Below, in pieces: positions 39,011-52,662 of a stretch of DNA of 64,000 nucleotides. This DNA comes from Bilabrum cf. latius (lineage: Eukaryota). Below the pieces are notes generated by a model. The model made no database searches. It was not told the DNA's origin and saw only the letters and a program-made list of their open reading frames with translations. Made by a program: the position numbers and the translations under genes. Location: assembly GCA_965178125.1 (NCBI GenBank), contig OZ237762.1, forward strand, positions 186,001-250,000. Direction: 5' to 3'. The stretch's first letter is position 1. Every line of letters starts with the position of its first letter.

Positions 39011-39402
39011 GACGAGCCTTAGGGAAGTTGGCCAGCAGCCACGGTATATATCATTGGCATGGCTGCCGCTTGCTTGCTTGGGTCAATCTAGATTTGGCAG
39101 CGACGGCGCGCGGCTGCCACACGGCACTGGGGCACCAGCACCAACACCAGCACCACTACGCTCTAGTCCATCCCCGATCCTCATCACACTCAAACGACCC
39201 CCGACCCAGGACGCTTCGATGCCAGCAGATCGGTGCGTCTAGGCTTGTCAAACTCATGTGTGCTCCACTCGATACACTGGCAGTGGACAAACTGCCGGCT
39301 AATCCAGATCTGAGCTGGATTGTGGATGCAATTGTAGAACGGTTCAGCCACGATTTGGCCATGGTATGCCGCCATGCAACCGGTTCAAGCACTCTGCACA
39401 CT

Positions 39403-39545
39403 GGCAGTAAGTTGATTCCGATACAGCATCACGGCCTCCCCAGTGACTGACGGCAGTAAGTTGATTCCGATACAGCATCACGGCCTCCCCAGTGACTGAC
39501 GGCAGTAAGTTGATTCCGATACAGCATCACGGCCTGACTGACGGC
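39403..39545. repeat. 49-bp tandem repeat, about 2.8 copies, intergenic
   Basis: GGCAGTAAGTTGATTCCGATACAGCATCACGGCCT recurs at 39403, 39452 and 39501. Confidence 0.9.
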
Positions 39546-39803
39546 AGCGCGTCTCCCACGCAGCGGGCGGGACGGGGCACCATCGCGGCGATGCAAAGGA
39601 TGCGTGGGGGCCATCTAGGAACGTTTATGTAGTCGAATAATTTCGCCTAACGGTGGTTGCCACTCTACGGTAATCCGCTGAAGGCTCACCGACGATACGA
39701 GGAGCGACGCAGGAATCTCTGGATGGATGTCGTGCCCGTTTGCCTGCCGCCACGCACTGGATGAAGTCTCGTTTTAATTTCGGAAGAATTAAATGCCCAG
39801 GAT

Positions 39804-40112
39804 TCATCCAGTGAATTCCACGCTTCCTCCATCTTCTCGTTTCTTGGCAAGGTTTGTCTTGAGGAGGCACAAATCAGCGAACTCTCTAAAGCGGTTCAAC
39901 CGAAGCTTTGCCTCGAGCTGGCCTTCTCTATCATCAGATTTATCTATATCTAGCAGCAATCGTTGAAGCTTTGGGTCTCGCAGCGCGGCAAGTACCTCGG
40001 CATCCTTACTAAGCTTGCTGTGCAACCTGTCCTCTACGATGAACCGATTCGGATCGTCAGGATCGGCAGCAATACCGTTTCTGTTGAACTTGCAACCTGC
40101 GTTGGCATCCAT
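39804..40112 (-). CDS. Small protein resembling the ZNHIT3/Hit1 C-terminal domain
   Basis: LRDPKLQRLLLDID...FREFADLCL pattern. No zf-HIT domain is visible, so an upstream exon may exist. Confidence 0.5.
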   Translation of the reverse strand: MDANAGCKFNRNGIAADPDDPNRFIVEDRLHSKLSKDAEVLAALRDPKLQRLLLDIDKSDDREGQLEAKLRLNRFREFADLCLLKTNLAKKREDGGSVEFTG

Positions 40113-40472
40113 GGTTTATACGGACCCACCGTTGGCTAGTTTGTATAATCCCATGGTACCGAAATCCATGGATGGTACAGCACCTCAACCCGGAACTGTA
40201 CCAATTGTAACGAATAGGTTATGTCAGGAAACCGGACCCCGTCTGCGCGTTGATCGCGATTATTTCATTTCTGTGGGACGCGTAATTTCTAGTGGTCATG
40301 GCTGAGCTGGCAGTGTAAGTTGATCATATTAATAAAATCCATCAAGACGTTGAAACGAATTGATTTGGCGGGATGGAGATGATTTGCAAGTCCATAGTGA
40401 AGTAAACCAATGGATGCTTGGAGCAGCAGTGTGCGATCATGCTTGAAAGACAGAGCGAGCAGAACTCGCAAA

Positions 40473-43400
40473 ATGGTAGAGTGCTTAAAGCAGAATACCG
40501 TCGACCTATACGGAATGCCATTTTTGGCACCGGCCGCAGCAGTTGCAGTTGGGTGCGTGCTCGCTGAGTCACGCTTCCGCCATGATTGTTTCTCCATACC
40601 CTTGCTGTTTACCGCAGTGGTGTCGACGCGATCGTCGTTTTTTGCATCTATCTTCTTGCGTTGCTTGTTATCGTGAGTCCCAGTCCACCAGAGCGGACGA
40701 AATTTGGACTGGCTGCCGTAGTACGCAACAGAGCCACAGCACCCGGTGGCTCTTCTGGTGCTTTTGGCCTCGTACTGGATTCGGTGTAGCATGCCTCTTA
40801 CTTCAACATTATCACAGGGATACTTGGGTAACCGCTAGAAGGAAGAAGAAACCCTCAGTGAGTGTTTAAACGCAACACTGAGCCCTTCTACATTCGCGCA
40901 CTGCTGTGCTTGGTTTTGGCGTACTTCAACCGGCCTATGGGACACGCAGCAACGTATTTACCTTGAAGTTCTAATTCTGGTTCGTATTTTTGTCGCAGAT
41001 GACCATTTCTTGGCCGGAAGAGGCATGGGTGTGAGCGACCATCCCGTCAGCTGCGTGCTTGCGAGCGCCTCGTCTAATCAAGAGGTTTGTCGCTGGAATC
41101 GTATCAAGTCCCAATCTACCTCAACCATGTTACCTTGTGCACGCATATACTTTCATTTTGCAGTCAATCGTTCTCTTTCGTGAGCATGGAAGCACATGTC
41201 AATCCGTAGTACGGTATCCTCGCACACTGTGGCCGAGCGATGCTTTGCGGTTTGCTGCTGGGCTACATGAGTCGTAGTTGTGTGCTGTTGTACCGTTTGT
41301 TTGGTCCTCTTGGTGCTCTGCGCCGCCGTATCTAGTGACTAAAGCCTGTCCCGCGCACCATGCGCGCTGTTGCTCGCCCGAGCTTCTTTCCGATCGCCCG
41401 CAGTGACCATGATGGCCTCCATTTTTAGCGCCTACACGATCATCGGCGTGCCCTCGGATGCCTTCAAGCTGGGATACGTGGCCCTGTACTGGGTGACTGC
41501 CACGAGCATCACTCAGGGAGGCATGCTCATCGTGGGCCCGCCCCTGCAGGCCCTCGCCAAGAGGCACGACTTCCTCTCCCCCGCGGACTACATCAAGTTC
41601 AGGTTCGATTACCAGCCGCTCACGCTGGCCATGTCCTTCGTGACCATCGTCCCGACGGCCATCTACGCCCTGGCCCAGTTCCGGGGCATCGGCTCCACCA
41701 TCGCTGGGCTGACCGGTGACGCCGTCCCGCCCATCGTGGCTGCGCTCGTGCTGGCCGTGATCATGCTCGCCTATGAGTACCTCGGGGGAATGCGGTCCGT
41801 GGCGTACAACGACTCGATCCAGGGGATGGTGATCCTCACCTCCTTCATCTTCCTCATCATCATCGTGGCCCGCGAGTACGGAGGGTTCGTCGGATCCGTG
41901 GAAGGGATCGAAACGTATGTGCCCCAGTTCACGCTCATCCCCTCGGGAGAGAGCCAGGTGGGCTACATCAGCTTCTGTCTGCTCTTCATGTGCTTCCCTT
42001 TCTGTGAGAAAGTGTGACGAGGGATTGCCCCACTCGCGCTGCGCGCCACCCCGCTGCACCCCCCCTTTCCTCCCGAGCCAACGACATGCTCCGCCTCCCC
42101 TACGTACCTCCCCTCCCCGCGACCCCTCCTTTGCAGACCCGCACCTGATGCAGCGAGCCTACGCCGCCAAGGACTCGAGCAAGCTCAAGACCACCACCGC
42201 GGTGATGGGCTTCATGCCGCTGTACGTGTCCTTCTGCTCCCTCATGCTCGGCATCGTGGCTCTCTCGAAATTCGCCAACGACCCCTCGGTGACCCCGGAC
42301 GAGACCTTCGCCCTGATCAGCACCGAGATCCTGCAGATCAACCGGTTCAGCTACTGGACGGTTGTGTTCCTCCTGTGCGGGAGCGTTGCGGCGCTCATGT
42401 CAACGACCGACTCCCTGCTCATGTCGGTGTCTTCCGCCTTTCTGAACGACATCCTCAAGCCGTACGTGTTCCCCGGCAAGGGCCAGGTGTTTTACGTGCG
42501 GGCGGCCAACATCACCACGCTGCTGGTGACCATCTTCTGCGTGGGCATGGTGGCGGCGGACATCGACCTGAGCACGCTCGTGGCCTTTCAGAGCAACATC
42601 CTCATCCAGGCGGCCCCCGTTTTCCTCTCGGGACTCATGTTCAGGGACGCTGTTCCCCGGTGCATGCTGGCCGGCGTGATCGTGGGCCTGTGCATCACAT
42701 TCGGGCTCATCATCGCGGACAAGGCCAAGGTGGGGGGCATGCACGCGGGCACTCTGGCCTCCCTCTTCAACGCACTCGTGGGCGTGGGCGGGTCTTATCT
42801 CTACAACGCCATGTACGACATGGCCCAGGAAGAGCCCCCGCACGACACCAAAGAGACAGACATGGCGCACAAGGACCACCCCGAGCTGGAGGGGGTGGAG
42901 ATGCCAGAGTACAGGGACGCTGACGCAGTCGTGGAGCGGGTTGCGAAGAGGCAGGTGTACCCCGACTCTCCCGCAATTGGACCCAACCAGGCCCCTTCAG
43001 TCCCCTCTGCGGACAAGGCAATGCAATCGACCGGTGCCATGGTGCCTGCGGGACCTCAGGGCAAGGGCAGCGATGCCGCCGCCCCGTCGACCACAACAGC
43101 AACCACAGGCGGCATGCCCACCCAGGGCAGCCCCGGAGAGGCCCCCATGACCCACGAGGGAACACCGGAGTCTGCTGCCGGCGACGCTGCGGCCATCCGC
43201 AGGACCACTTCCATGGCGGGTGACGGCAAGCCCCGCAAGTACAGCTCCCTAGCGGACCTTCTGCACCGAAGGCACGACGAGCCCCGCGAGATGGTGGACG
43301 GGGACTTCCCCCACCAGCGATGGTACGTGTGGGTGGCTCTCTTCGTGCCCCTGCTCTTCACCGTGCCCTTCTACCGCAAGCCCGGGGCGCAGGACGACTT

Positions 43401-43692
43401 CATCGCCGGGCTGCCCTCCTGGGCCTTCGTGTCTACGGTCTTCTCCTGGGTGCTCGCCGTGGCCATGGCCGCGTGCGCCTTTCTGTTCTGGCCCACCCCC
43501 CTTGGGGAGAAGGAAGCCGCCCTGCGGGAGAAGCAGGCGGCGCTGGAGGGAGGCGCCGAGGAGGGGGGATCCAAGGGCGCCGACAGCGGGACGGGTGTGA
43601 CGAGTGGGGTCGCGCAGGAGGGGAAGGAGCAGGAGGAGGAGCAGAAGGCGTCAGCTGGCGGTGCTGCCCCGGCCCAGGCCACCGTGGCCTGA
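40473..43692 (+). CDS. Sodium:solute symporter (SSS/SLC5) family transporter, multi-exon
   Basis: Short 5' exons splice to LLALLVIGYLGNR[TAG]KEEETLNDHFLAGRGMGSIVLFLTMMASIFSAYTIIGVP. Also YEYLGGMRSVAYNDSIQG, PHLMQRAYAAK and AALMSTTDSLL. Last intron 42004-42136; TGA stop. Start approximate. Confidence 0.85.
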
Positions 43693-44076
43693 ACCCCTGC
43701 AACTTCCTGTGTGATGTCCTCTCCGGGTCTCCTTTGTTTCCTGGACACACTGCAGCGGGGCAGCATTTCGTGCCACTGGGTGGGACGGTCTTGCCTGCTC
43801 GTGCTTGGATTGCGTGTCTGTGTACGTGTTGAATTGAATGGCAGCTGCGTGCAAGCAGCCTCAAGATCGATATTTGCGTCGTTAAAAAGTAAAGAGAGCA
43901 TGTTCGTGGGGGTTGGGGCTATGATATTGTATGAAATCAAGGCCGGTTGGGGGGAAGGCCGGTTCAAGGGCCGGTTGTGGCGTTCATTGTAACGTTTGAT
44001 TTTCGACAGAGACATTCTGCTGGTATTTTTCGAGAAACTATAATCGATCGCCCTTTACGGGTGCTTCATCGTCTAC

Positions 44077-46523
44077 ATGGCCGACCCAGGTCAAATAGAT
44101 GTTTTATCATCTTTTGATGCATCCCAATCGGGCAGTATGCAACGATTTACTCCCAAAAACGAGCGAGAAACTGGGCTCGACAGGAGCCGATTGCACTCTG
44201 CACAACCTAGGCTCCAAGCAGGCGAAGCTGGCCTACCGGCTTACATTCTGCGGTTGCAGCTAGAAGTATCAGATGATGACAACGAGCCCAAATCATAGGA
44301 TGGCTCAGGAGCTAGTTTAGAACTAAGCGGGCGAGCTACCGCGAGGCAGCAGGCCATGCGTGCGCTGCAGGAGCCTTCAAGCACCGATTCTGATCAAGAG
44401 GGGTATCTGCGCAGGCCACGGGCTCACTCAGCGGCTGCTTCAGGCCGTGACACCCTGCCGAGACTTGGAATGCTTCCGCGTAGAGGCGTGGTTGATGAGG
44501 TCGGAGTGGAGGTCGAGTTGCTCGATGCAGGCTCGCACGCAGAGCTCCGAAGGCAGCACAGGCGCGGCCACGGGGCAAGGAGCTCAGATGGTACATTTAA
44601 TGCAGTGGGAAAGGCTGGAGGAGGAGAGCGCAAGCACGTGAAGGCACCGACTCTGCCGGGCGACCGCACAGGGCCAAGCGATGCCCATCTGCTCGGCTCG
44701 TCGGGCGGCAGCTCTGTGACGACCAGCCACGGGGGAGATCTGCCGGCGACAGCGCCCAGAAAATCCAGGAGCACGCCGTTACCGCACCTGCGGTCGTCGG
44801 ATCCGGTCAGGCCTTCGTTGGACCACGGTCGCCGCGGGCGTGCACCGGACCAGCAGCAGCAGTTGCAGTTGTCTGCTCCTGCCAGCGGCTCGCCCTCCGC
44901 CCAGGGACGCTCCATCACGGCACAGCCGCAGCATGCGTATGACAGGACACACGAGAGCGGGAGCAGCAGCACCAAACAGACGCCTCCCATGCGCCCCATG
45001 CGGCGCGCAGACTCCGCCCCAGGCGCAACTGCTACAGCGGGTACAGGCACAGGCACAGGCACCGGTGCTCCCACTGAGGCACTGGCCAGTCCAAGAGTAG
45101 GCGCCCCCGCCAGAACCGCCCGGAGCGGATCCGGAGTCGGAGTGAACCGGCGGTCCGGGGTGCCCCCCCCGAGAGGGAGAGGGAGAGGGGGGGGGAGAGG
45201 GAGCGGGCGTCCCAAGCTGTCGTCCAGTTCCAGTGGGGTGAGGACTGGAAGGGGGTAGCGGCTGCGCGCTGCGTACATTTAGCGTCTAGAGGACCTGGCA
45301 AGGCGAAAAGAGGCCCAGGAACAGGAACAGGAACAGGAACAGGAGCAGGAACAAAACCAGGGGCAAGGGCAGGGATAGGAGATGCCACAGGATCAGGCAG
45401 GTAGTGGCAGGGGCGCGGCGGGGACCAGTACAAGTGCAAGTACAAGTGCAAGTACAAGTGCAAGTGCAAGTGCAAGTGCAAGTGCAAGTGCAAGTGCCGG
45501 CACTGGGGCCGCATCCGGCGCCGGTACTTCGTTGTCGGGCGCTGTACAAGCCACTGGGTCGGTGAGGCGGGTTCCGCAAATATCTAGGCGGCGCCGCGCG
45601 CGTCGGATTGTGCGGATTAGTGGGCATGGCCGGATAGGCCAGAGATCCGGAAGGCGGTAGGTGGCTAGTGCTGCAGGTGTTGGTGCAGGTGTTGGTGCAG
45701 GTGCTGGTGCAGGTGCTGGGACGGGCCAGCGAGCAGTGGGGGGGGCTGGAAGGGCTGCTGGTGCGAGGTCGGGGGGACAGTCAGGCGCAGGGTAGGATGA
45801 GGACGATGAGGACGATGGTGACGAAGAGGACGAGGTGGATGATGACGATGACGATGACGACGCTCACGCAGACGCGATGTCTGTTGCGGAAGAAGAGCAC
45901 GACGGTCTGGGCGGAGGCCTCAGGATGGGAGGCGATTCAGGGGCGGATGCCACGCTTCAGGGCGGGTTCGGGGGCCGTGGGGTGCATCGCGCGGGTCCGG
46001 ATGCTCCGGACAGCGAGTTCTGGAGGAGCAGGAGGAGGGGGGACAGCCAGGCCCCCGGGATGGGGGGCGGGGGGACGGTTGACGATGATGACGAAGACGA
46101 CGACGACGACGAAGACGATGACGATGATGATGATGACGCAGGTGAAGTCACAGAATCAGCAGCGGGTCGCGAAGGAGAAAGCCAGCAGCAACGGAGCGGC
46201 CTGCAACCAGGGGAGCGGCCGCCGCATGCAGCTACAAACATCGGAATCCACCGGTCCACCGGGTCTCGATCCCATGCACCCCTGGACGCCAAGCAGAAGG
46301 AGCAGAAGCAAAGAGAGCTTGACGAGATCAGGGCGGAGTTGCGGCGCGGAGCCCGAGGTGGCCAGCACCAGCGCCAGCAGCGCCACAGGCACGGGGCGGC
46401 AGGGGCAGGAGCCAGGCAGGCCTCGGGCAGGTACGTGCCGGGGCCCGCAGGGTCTGTCATATCCGCCATTACTCAGGCGTCGGGGCACAGTGCATCCACT
46501 GCCACTGGGGGCTGGGGCGGGCA

Positions 46524-46565
<42 letters not shown>

Positions 46566-48852
46566 CTCTCCCGCTGGGGGGGCGCACGGACTCAGGCTGC
46601 GAGGGAGGGTGGCTCGTGTGGATGCCGAGGCGAGGCGGGCCCTGTCCCTGCCAGAGAACAAGCAGCCCCTGTGGATCCGCCAGCTGCTGGCGCTGCGGGC
46701 GGAGAGGGCGGAGGAGCTGCGGAGGTCGCAGGTGGGCGGCTCTCGGCGCATGGAGGAGGTGCCTCAGGACGTGGTCAGGAGGGGGGACCGGCGGTGGTAC
46801 AGAAGCGACGGGCCGCACTCGGGTAGGTGCAGGCAGTGCGGTGCCGGCTTCACGGTGTTCAGGAGGAAGCACCACTGCAGGCTGTGCGGCGATCTCGTGT
46901 GCCACAGGTGCTCCCCCTACCAGCTGGGCCCCCTGCCGAGGGTGTGTCGCTGCTGCATGGCACTGCGGCGCGGGGCCGTCCTCTCGCTCCCCATGAGTTA
47001 CTTGGACCTGCACGGGACGTGGGCAGACTCGAGCCCGGAGGCAGAGGCGGCCCGGTCTCCGGAGGAACAGCGGCGGGCGGGCTTCATACGGGAGGCCGCG
47101 CGAGCCCTCTTCTCCTCTTTGCCGTGGCCCGAAGCGCCGGAGCTAGACGGGCCCCAGCGGGCTGCCCTGCAGGAGGCCTTCGAGCGCGAGCCGTGGACGA
47201 GGCCTGCGCGCGTGGGTGCGTGGGAGGGGTTCGACAGGAGCGACGAGATCGCGGACGCGGCTGCGGCGGGAGACGTTCTGGAGCTGGAGGAGCGGGCTGG
47301 GCGGGGGCACTCGGTGTCCGCGAGGACGTCCGTTGGCATGCTTGGGGAGGCCCCCATCCACGCGGCTGCGAGGGCGGGGCAGGCAGAGGCCATTCAGACG
47401 CTGGTGAGCGGTCTGGGGGCGCAGCTGAATCTGAAGTCCTTCACTGGGCGCACTGCACTGCACGTCGCAGCGGCCCACGGGCAGGTGGCTGCCGTGCAGG
47501 CGCTCGTGGAGCTGGGCGCGGACCAGGCGGCGCGCGACGAGGACGGGCTGACGGCCATCGACCTGGCTCTCCTGGCGGGGGCACAAGAGGCAGTGCGCCT
47601 GCTGGATGCCAAGCACAGGCGGCTGCACGAAATGCAGCTGCAGCCGAGACCCGACCTGCCGTCCGGCGGCATGTACCAGAGGCAGCAATCGCAGCAGGGA
47701 GCAGGGAAACCGAAGACAGAAGGGGCCTCGAGCGAGAGCAAGCCGAGAGACGAGAAGGAAGCGGGGGAATAGGAAGGGGGCTCCGGGTATCGGTTCGGTG
47801 ATCTCGCCCAGCAGCAGGAAACGGCGCAGGTGAAGCCCCTGCAGCCTAGGACGCTCACCCTGCAGCTCCCCGGGAGGCAGGAGATGCTGTCGAGCGGTCT
47901 GCCGGCCTTGGATCCGGCCGCACAGGCACTGCAAGCCAATCTGATTGCCCTTCGGAACGCGCAGGTGCACCTGCTGCACCAGCAGCAGTGGAGATGCGAA
48001 ATCGTGGACGCAGCAGCGGGGGCGCAGGCCAGCAGAGTGAGGGCTCTGCACGATGCACCGGCAGTGAGGGATAGACCGGGGGCGGGCCCTGCTGGGCTGC
48101 ACGACAGGGCCGCCCGGGCGGTGCGGTCGGCCTCCGACTCGCTCCCTCATGCGTCCTGCCACCCTGCGTGGATGGGCGGCCCCAGCCTTTCCATGCGTAC
48201 TAGGTTCGAGCGCTGCGGGATGATCCGTGCATCGAGACGGTTCCGTCGGCTGGCGGGGACCGATGAGTCCTCGCTGGTGGGCCGCGTGTGGCGGATCGGG
48301 CACATGTTTGGGCCAGACCGTGACATCGCCATGGCTGTCCGAGACATCCACTTGAAGCGGCAGAAAGAGGCGGGCCGCAGGGCGAAGAGGAGAGAGGACA
48401 GGGACAAGAGGAAGAAAGGGAAGGGGAAGGGGAAGGGGAAAGGGAAAGGAGACGGAGAAGAAGGGGAGGATGAGGACGGGGCCATGCAGGGCCAGGGTCA
48501 GCAAGGGGCGTAGGGTACATCAGGCAGGGAACAGCCTCGGGGGAACAAGGGCACCGGCCAGGCGGAGTCGAAGGTGGATGGCGAGGCGGGCCCAAGTGCA
48601 GATGCGGCTGCCTCCGCAGGACACGCAGCTGGGGCAGGCGATGCTGGATCAGGTGCTGCCAGTCCCCGTTCTATGTCCATCGCATCAGTGTCATCGGCTG
48701 AGACTGGGGTATCGGACGCCTCGAGTATGACCATGTCTGCGGCTGTCGGGGCGGGTGCCAAGCTGCAAGCGAACGACAAAGGAGAAGCACGAGGGGCACG
48801 AAACAGGGGTGTCGAGCAGAGCAGTGAAGGCAACGAACAAAGCGACGGTAGT

Positions 48853-48929
<77 letters not shown>

Positions 48930-50733
48930 CCCGCTATCGGCGGCTTCCTCAGTCGGGTCTGGCCCAGACGCGTTCATGCCCGGCGGGTCGGCAGACAGGC
49001 AGCTGATGCAGTCGCACACGTTTGGGTTCAGGACAGAGCATGACAAAGAGCAGGACCAGGAAGACGGCCATGTGCTTGCGACTGACCAGCCGCGTGCAGG
49101 TACTGAAGAGCAAGGGCAACGGCGAGGCCGAGGCGGTCAAGCCAGAGACCGAGATGAGGATTTGGACCAGGACCAGCAAGATGGGAGGACCGTGTCACCG
49201 GATACCCCCGTGTCACCACCCTCCCTCCCCGGCTCCCCTCTCTTCAGCAGGAGGCAGCCCACCCCCGCAGGCGAGGGAAGCGCCCAGGGAACAAGGGGGC
49301 CTGCCTCGAGCAGGGAACAGCACAGCCGTAGCCGCACGACGTCCAGCGGGAGCAAGGGCAGCGGTGGCAGCAGCAGGACCAGCCGCAGCAGCGGAGGCAT
49401 GAAGAGGCAGGCCAAGTCCGTGGGGGAGGCGCTGTCATCTGCGGGGTCTAGCAGACGAGGCAAGCAAGCGAGTGGGGTGGGGCCAGGGCCAGCCGCAGCT
49501 TCCATGCAGGTGTCTTCTCGAAAAGGACAAGGCAAATCATGGCGAGGTGGAGGTAGAGCGGGCCAGGGCCAGGGCCGGTGCACAGTGGGCACCAGCTCGC
49601 CCTTGGCCTCCTCGATCCGGCGATCCATCAGCGTGCCATCGGAGCTGGAGGCGGCTGGCGCTGTGATCGAGATGGCCGCCAGGGAACAACGCAGAGCCAG
49701 GGCTCGGGTCCGTGCTGGGAAAGACAGCGCGGCTCGGGACCCCTGCGCGCTTCCCCAGGAGAGTGTTGGTCTGTCGGTGGACACGTCGTCATCGCGGCCT
49801 GGCAAGACCTAGGCCCAGGCCCCTTGGAGCACAGTGGCCGGTGCAGACCCCGGGAGCACCGGATCCGTGGCGGGGGCGGGGTCGCGCGCGGGCCCGAGTC
49901 CCGCCCACTCGACCGAAGTGAATGGGGCCCTCAGCGACAGGGAGTCGCCCAGGGAACAGTCACCTGGCTGGGGGGGCTCCTCTCAGTTGGGACGGAGGGG
50001 CCTGGGGTCTGCTGAAATCGATGTCCCAGGCAGCGGCACGCCGGGTGCATCGCGTGGTGGTGCCAGGGTGGTGGGCGGGCAGGGGGGTGCATCAGCGAGG
50101 AGGGCGCGGCTGGGCCAGCGCCTGGCTCGCTAGCTGCCTCGGTGGGAAGCGCAGCGGCTGCACGAGTGGGGCAGGGCCAGGGCCGAGGTGGCGAGGCGAG
50201 CTGCCGAGGCCAGGAGGAGAGAGAGGCAGGCATTGGCCGGTGGAAGTGGTGGAGCGGGTGGTCCGGTGATGGACCGGGAGGGCGTGTGGAGCGGGGGAAC
50301 AGGGACAGCATCAGCAGGCATCCCTGTTGCTGGTCCGTCGCCCGATGCTCTCTCGCCCGGGTCCACTTCCGGCTCCGGGTCCGGGTCGTTCTCCGATTCT
50401 TTGTCCGGGTCCGGCGGGGACATGAGCGGGAGCGAGGGTGAGGGCGGGGGCGGGGGCCTGGACGCGATGGGGTTCGTGAAGGGGTCAGGCGTGGGTCTGT
50501 CGATGCTGCGAGGGACGGGGGCGCTGCGGAGTTTGGGGATCGAGGAGGGCGGGGACGGGGATGGGGACGGGGGAAGGGAGGGGCTCGGACTGGCGACGTC
50601 TGCCCCAACGAGGGGGCTGTTTGGGTGGTCCGAGGGGCGGCGGCTGGACAACACCATGTGGGGGATCGGGGGGGAGGCGGGGTGGGTGCTGCCGCTGGAA
50701 GATGATGACACGAGTCCCGAGGGGGAGCCGTGA
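44077..50733 (+). CDS. FYVE zinc finger + ankyrin-repeat protein, about 2218 aa, mostly low complexity
   Basis: FTVFRRKHHCRLCG FYVE signature near 46850, and ankyrin motifs GEAPIHAAA, GRTALHVAA and GLTAIDLA. Eight ORF-track fragments share one frame joined by 10 TAGs; TGA at 50731. Confidence 0.8.
48856..48927 (+). repeat. (CAG)24 polyglutamine tract
   Basis: Pure CAG run in frame with the FYVE/ankyrin gene. Confidence 0.95.
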
Positions 50734-50993
50734 GGCAGGGAACAATCTGGGGAACAACTAAAACCAGGATGGGTGGGGCCGTTCGGCTGCCACCGGACTA
50801 CTTGAATCGATGGAGACAAAAGACAGACATTTTCAAACGTCCACAGGTTCCAGGTTCCGCACTGCCAGTGGCAGTGCGCGGCGGGCGAATCCCGCTTCAG
50901 CAATAGTGGGAAGAGCAAGACGAGCGTCGGCCCTCCAATCCAATCTAGCATTGCTTCGGAAATGTTTGTTTCCCCCTCCTGGAACTCGTCCTG

Positions 50994-52148
50994 ATGTCAT
51001 CGGGACCTGCGGTGGATGATGTGATTGGCCTGTCGAGTGGCAGGATGAGCGACGACGGCGAGATTCCTCTGCCGGCTTCGTTTGACAAATCAAGTAGTTA
51101 GGATAATAACGTCTCCAAAAGTCGTCGCATCTTGCGTGCAGGAGCCAAGCAATCTCACAGCAACACCGAGAGGACCGTGGCAAGCCTACCACTGGCAGTC
51201 GCAAGGTCGGCGGGCACATCCGCTCCTGCCAGTGGCGACGATATCGTACTTGCGATCGATGCAAAAAAGTTTTCCGCTGTCATGCTTGGACAGAAGAGGC
51301 TGCGCTCAGCACGATCTGGACCAGAAGCAATGAAGGCAAATGGAGCAGGCGGCAGGGGAGGATGCCATGAGTGCAAGGTGTGTGGGAAGGTGTTGAGCTC
51401 GGCGAGTAGCTTGAGGGGGCACGTGTCAGTGGTGCATCTTGGCGAGCGCAAGCACGAGTGTAGTGAGTGCGGGAAACGCTTCGGGGAGGCAGGCAGTCTC
51501 AAGAAGCATGTGAGCGCGGTGCATCTTGGCGAGCGCAAGCACGAGTGCAGTGAGTGCGGGAAACGCTTTGGGCGGACAGGTGGTCTCAAGAGGCACGTTT
51601 CAGTGGTGCATCTTGGCGAGCGCAAGCACGAGTGCAGTGAGTGCGGGAAGCGCTTCGGGCAGGCAGGCTATCTCAAGAAGCATGTGATCGCAGTGCATCT
51701 TGGCGAGCGCAAGCACGAGTGCAGTGAGTGCGGGAAACGCTTCGGGCAGGCAGGCAGTCTCAAGAGGCATGTGAGCGCGGTGCATTTCGGGGAGCGCAAG
51801 CACGAATGCATCGAGTGCGGGAAACGCTTCGGGCGGACAGGCCATCTCAAGAAGCATGTGAGCGCGGTGCATCTTGGCGAGCGCAAGCACGAGTGCAGTG
51901 AGTGCGGGAAGCGCTTCGGGGAGGCAGGCCATCTCAAGAGGCACATGTCAGTGGTGCATTTTGGGGAGCGCAAGCACGAATGCAGCGAGTGCGGGAAGCG
52001 CTTCGGGCATGCAGGCCATCTCAAGAGGCACATGTCAGTGGTGCATTTTGGGGAGCGCAAGCACGAATGCAGCGAGTGCGGGAAGCGCTTCGGGCAGGCA
52101 GGTGATCTCAAGAAGCATATGCGCACTGTACATGGGGAGTCAAGCTGA
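50994..52148 (+). CDS. C2H2 zinc-finger array protein (9 fingers), paralog of the 1267-10563 cluster
   Basis: Start MSSGPAVDDVIGLSS resembles MSSRSVAPEVIDLVS. TAG at 51099. Units KHECSECGKRFGxxGxLKxHVSxVH; TGA stop. Confidence 0.85.
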
Positions 52149-52416
52149 TATTCAGTGCGTTGAACCTAGACTACAGATCAGGTTTGTGTGCATGTGCATC
52201 ATGTGACGGCCTACTAGTAGTACCGGTACTCTGCCGTGGGCTCCTCTGGCTTCCTGTTCAATCCACAGGACATGCGCCGGAGCGAGAGGGAGGGGCAGGA
52301 CGTGTCCGGAGAACAGATGCCGTCCTTGTCTTCCTTGACCAATTCATACCTTTCAATTCAACAGTTTAATCAAGAAGCACACACGCACAGTCGAACCAGC
52401 ACCTCCCGTCAGGATA

Positions 52417-52662
52417 CATCCAGGATCGGATCAGGTCAGTGCAGCTCCACCCATCCAGGATCGGATCAGGTCAGTGCAGCTCCACCCATCCAGGATCGGA
52501 TCAGGTCAGTGCAGCTCCACCCATCCAGGATCGGATCAGGTCAGTGCAGCTCCACCCATCCAGGATCGGATCAGGTCAGTGCAGCTCCACCCATCCAGGA
52601 TCGGATCAGGTCAGTGCAGCTCCACCCATCCAGGATCGGATCAGGTCAGTGCAGCTCCACCC
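52417..52662. repeat. Perfect 35-bp tandem repeat, 7 copies, overlapping the B9D2 stop codon
   Basis: CCATCCAGGATCGGATCAGGTCAGTGCAGCTCCAC; CAGGATCGGA recurs every 35 bp from 52421 to 52631. Confidence 0.95.

Noticed and set aside
48498-49046. Poly-cysteine protein on the minus strand
   Set aside because: It is the antisense reading of the (CAG)24 polyQ tract.
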